Notes under the pieces: generated by a model | Databases searched by the model: none | The model's input: only the letters and a program-made list of their open reading frames with translations | What the model was told of the DNA's origin: nothing | In this document: positions 62,041-64,000 of the stretch, piece after piece | Numbering within the stretch: the first letter of the stretch is position 1 | Layout: each line of letters begins with the position of its first letter | Made by a program: the position numbers and the translations under genes | Assembly (NCBI GenBank): GCA_015062345.1 | Contig: SUUV01000003.1 | Location: 15,572 to 79,571 of the forward strand | Length of the DNA: 64,000 bases | Direction of reading: 5' to 3' | Origin: Alphaproteobacteria bacterium | GTDB lineage: Bacteria > Pseudomonadota > Alphaproteobacteria > RF32 > CAG-239

Positions 62041-62412
62041 CTAAATTTTAAGTTTGGGTTTGGTGATGCTGTCTTCAATTTTGGGTTGGAATATCTTTAT
62101 AATAAAGAACAAACCGACACCGATTGCCATGCTTAAAACCATAGCGCCTAAAAACAGCCCTACCGTAATTTTGTTAAATAAAAACACCAAGGCTATAAGC
62201 ACCAAATAAAGCAACAAGGTTACCACGGAGCAAAGAAGACCGGTTACGGATATGAACATATCACTTTCCATAACATTCTTTCTTGGCTGATAAGCCTGTC
62301 GTCTGCATTTAACTGATTGCTTAAAAACAGACCATGCATTGCAAAGAACGACAATAGTCATTATCAATGCTACCCCCATAATCGAGGCTAAAAAAACAGA
62401 TGCTTGAGTCAT
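62041..62412 (-). CDS. Hypothetical membrane protein.
   Basis: 4 predicted TM helices. Confidence 0.5.
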   Translation of the reverse strand: MTQASVFLASIMGVALIMTIVVLCNAWSVFKQSVKCRRQAYQPRKNVMESDMFISVTGLLCSVVTLLLYLVLIALVFLFNKITVGLFLGAMVLSMAIGVGLFFIIKIFQPKIEDSITKPKLKI

Positions 62413-62555
62413 AATTATGAAATTTTAAGAATTAATAATTTGATATTGCCAAAAATATATGACATTTTTTCAAAAATAGCAAGTTTTTTTCTTGAAATTT
62501 TAAAAAAAAGCGCTAATGTGCAAAAAAATTTAATTTCATAAATGAATTGGCACAT

Positions 62556-62747
62556 CCTTTTTCTCATAAAGGACTGTGCCGGAAGTAGTTTCAAAAATTG
62601 AAGTGTAAATGCATAACTGTTTTTCTCATAAATGGTTATGCTTGATGACGAAGTAACAACTCAGCACACCCTTTTTCTCATAAAGGACTGTGCTGGAAGC
62701 AGTTTCAAAATTGAAGTGTACAAAGAGGGTACACGAAATTTTGAAAC
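62556..62747 (+). repeat. Two ~52-bp direct repeats (62556..62607 and 62669..62719), a partial third, and an imperfect palindrome with 20-bp arms (62702..62747), all in the typA leader.
   Basis: Direct comparison of the two repeat sequences. agtttcaaaattgaagtgtac-aaagagg-gtacacgaaattttgaaact. Confidence 0.7.
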
Positions 62748-62780
62748 TACGACATGACAGTTCTTTAGGAGAAAAAGAAA

Positions 62781-64000
62781 ATGAGAAATATTGCGATAAT
62801 CGCCCATGTCGACCACGGCAAGACTACATTGGTTGACGGTTTGTTAAGACAAAGCGGAACTTTTCGAGATAATCAGAAAGTGACCGATTGTGTTATGGAC
62901 AGTAATGACTTGGAAAGAGAAAGAGGAATTACCATTCTTTCAAAATGCACATCGGTAAATTGGAACGGAACACATATCAACATTGTTGATACCCCCGGAC
63001 ACGCCGATTTTGGTGGCGAGGTTGAGCGCATTTTATCTATGGTTGATGGTGTTGTGTTGCTTGTCGATTCTTCCGAAGGCCCGATGCCGCAAACAAAATT
63101 TGTGTTGGGAAAAGCCTTAAAAATCGGCTTAAAACCGATTGTGGTTATCAACAAAGCCGACAAAGCCGATGCTCGCCCCGATGAAGTGTTAAACGAAATT
63201 TTTGATTTATTCGTAAGTTTAGATGCAAATGATGAACAACTTGATTTTCCTGTTTTGTACGCATCAGGCCGAAACGGTTGGGCGGTTAAAGACCTAAATG
63301 ATGAAAGAAAAGATTTAAGCCCGTTGTTTGAGCTTATTTTATCATATGTCAGCAAACCCAAATGCGAGCCGGAAAAACCGTTTTCAATGCTTGTTACCAC
63401 TTTGGAAGCCGATAAGTTTTTAGGCAGAATTTTAAGCGGAAAAATTTGGTCAGGAAACTTAAAACTTAATGATGCCGTAAAGGTTATAAACGATAAAGGC
63501 GAAGTTGAAAAAACTCGTATTACCAAAATTTTGGCCTATCGTGGTTTGGAAAGAGTGGCTTTAACCGAGGCTCATGCGGGAGATATTGTGGCTGTTGCCG
63601 GTGTGGTTAAAGGAACTGTGGCTGATACAATTTGCGCGTATGAAGTAAATGAGGCCATTAAGGCGCAACCGATTGACCCGCCGACCCTTGCCATGACTTT
63701 TTCGGTTAACGACTCGCCGCTTGCCGGTCGTGAGGGTGATAAGGTAACCTCTCGTATGATTTGGGACAGACTCGAAAAAGAAGCGGAAGGAAACATTGCC
63801 TTAAAAATCAGTCGTACCGATACAACCGATTCGTTTGAGGTGGCAGGTCGCGGGGAACTTCAACTTGGTGTCTTAATTGAAACAATGCGCAGAGAGGGTT
63901 TTGAAATGTCAATTTCTCGCCCCAGAGTATTGATGCAAAAAGATGAAAACGGCAATTTGTTGGAACCTGTGGAAGAAGTTGTGGTTGATGTTGATGAAGA
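62781..64000 (+). CDS. typA: Translational GTPase TypA/BipA. Partial: continues beyond the window.
   Basis: MRNIAIIAHVDHGKTTLVD...DTPGHADFGGEVER. AGGAG RBS. Missing from the ORF track because there is no stop in the window. Confidence 0.92.
   Translation, partial: MRNIAIIAHVDHGKTTLVDGLLRQSGTFRDNQKVTDCVMDSNDLERERGITILSKCTSVNWNGTHINIVDTPGHADFGGEVERILSMVDGVVLLVDSSEGPMPQTKFVLGKALKIGLKPIVVINKADKADARPDEVLNEIFDLFVSLDANDEQLDFPVLYASGRNGWAVKDLNDERKDLSPLFELILSYVSKPKCEPEKPFSMLVTTLEADKFLGRILSGKIWSGNLKLNDAVKVINDKGEVEKTRITKILAYRGLERVALTEAHAGDIVAVAGVVKGTVADTICAYEVNEAIKAQPIDPPTLAMTFSVNDSPLAGREGDKVTSRMIWDRLEKEAEGNIALKISRTDTTDSFEVAGRGELQLGVLIETMRREGFEMSISRPRVLMQKDENGNLLEPVEEVVVDVDE

Overview
This is a low-GC (~33%) bacterial chromosome segment whose housekeeping genes look alphaproteobacterial; the reduced, host-associated flavour is my guess, not something the sequence proves. 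Housekeeping genes present: gltX, rpoD with a long acidic spacer, an asd-like gene, an MscS-family channel, an AsmA-family protein, an rluC-type pseudouridine synthase, rarA, ampG, groES-groEL, mutM, rpsT, dnaA, rnhB, a three-gene pntAA/pntAB/pntB transhydrogenase, a split chrA pair, a PfkB kinase, typA and tRNA-Thr(CGT). A ~13 kb minus-strand surface-glycan cluster runs from an ABC exporter through several GT2 enzymes, a GT4-containing 1112-aa multidomain protein, glf, a DUF4422-like GT and an Aas-like acyltransferase/acyl-ligase. A second accessory block (15.7-21.3 kb) holds a small serine recombinase next to kinase, NTP-transferase/HAD, epimerase and WavE-like genes.

The most interesting content is a dispersed multigene family of ~160-aa secreted proteins (N-terminus MRKYFLLSAVALL..., C-terminus ...GEYTGSFTVTVTY), found at six intact loci plus one frameshifted pseudogene and one orphan promoter relic. 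Each copy sits behind a near-identical ~140-bp promoter-leader module that contains an A11-12 homopolymer between the putative -35 and -10, a leader hairpin, and a conserved upstream TTTGATTTAAAT box. The same promoter core drives two diverged type-IV-pilin-like genes arranged divergently from family members. A second ~130-180-bp structured element lies upstream of the promoter in three copies and shows compensatory base-pair substitutions.

I read this as a candidate phase-variable, antigenically variable surface-protein regulon. Other points of interest: a Slam-like TPR/beta-barrel outer-membrane protein paired with a lipoprotein, a remnant att-like duplication of the 3' half of the tRNA-Thr gene, an MNT/HEPN pair, an asd paralog that appears to lack catalytic residues, and a large palindrome plus direct repeats in the typA leader.
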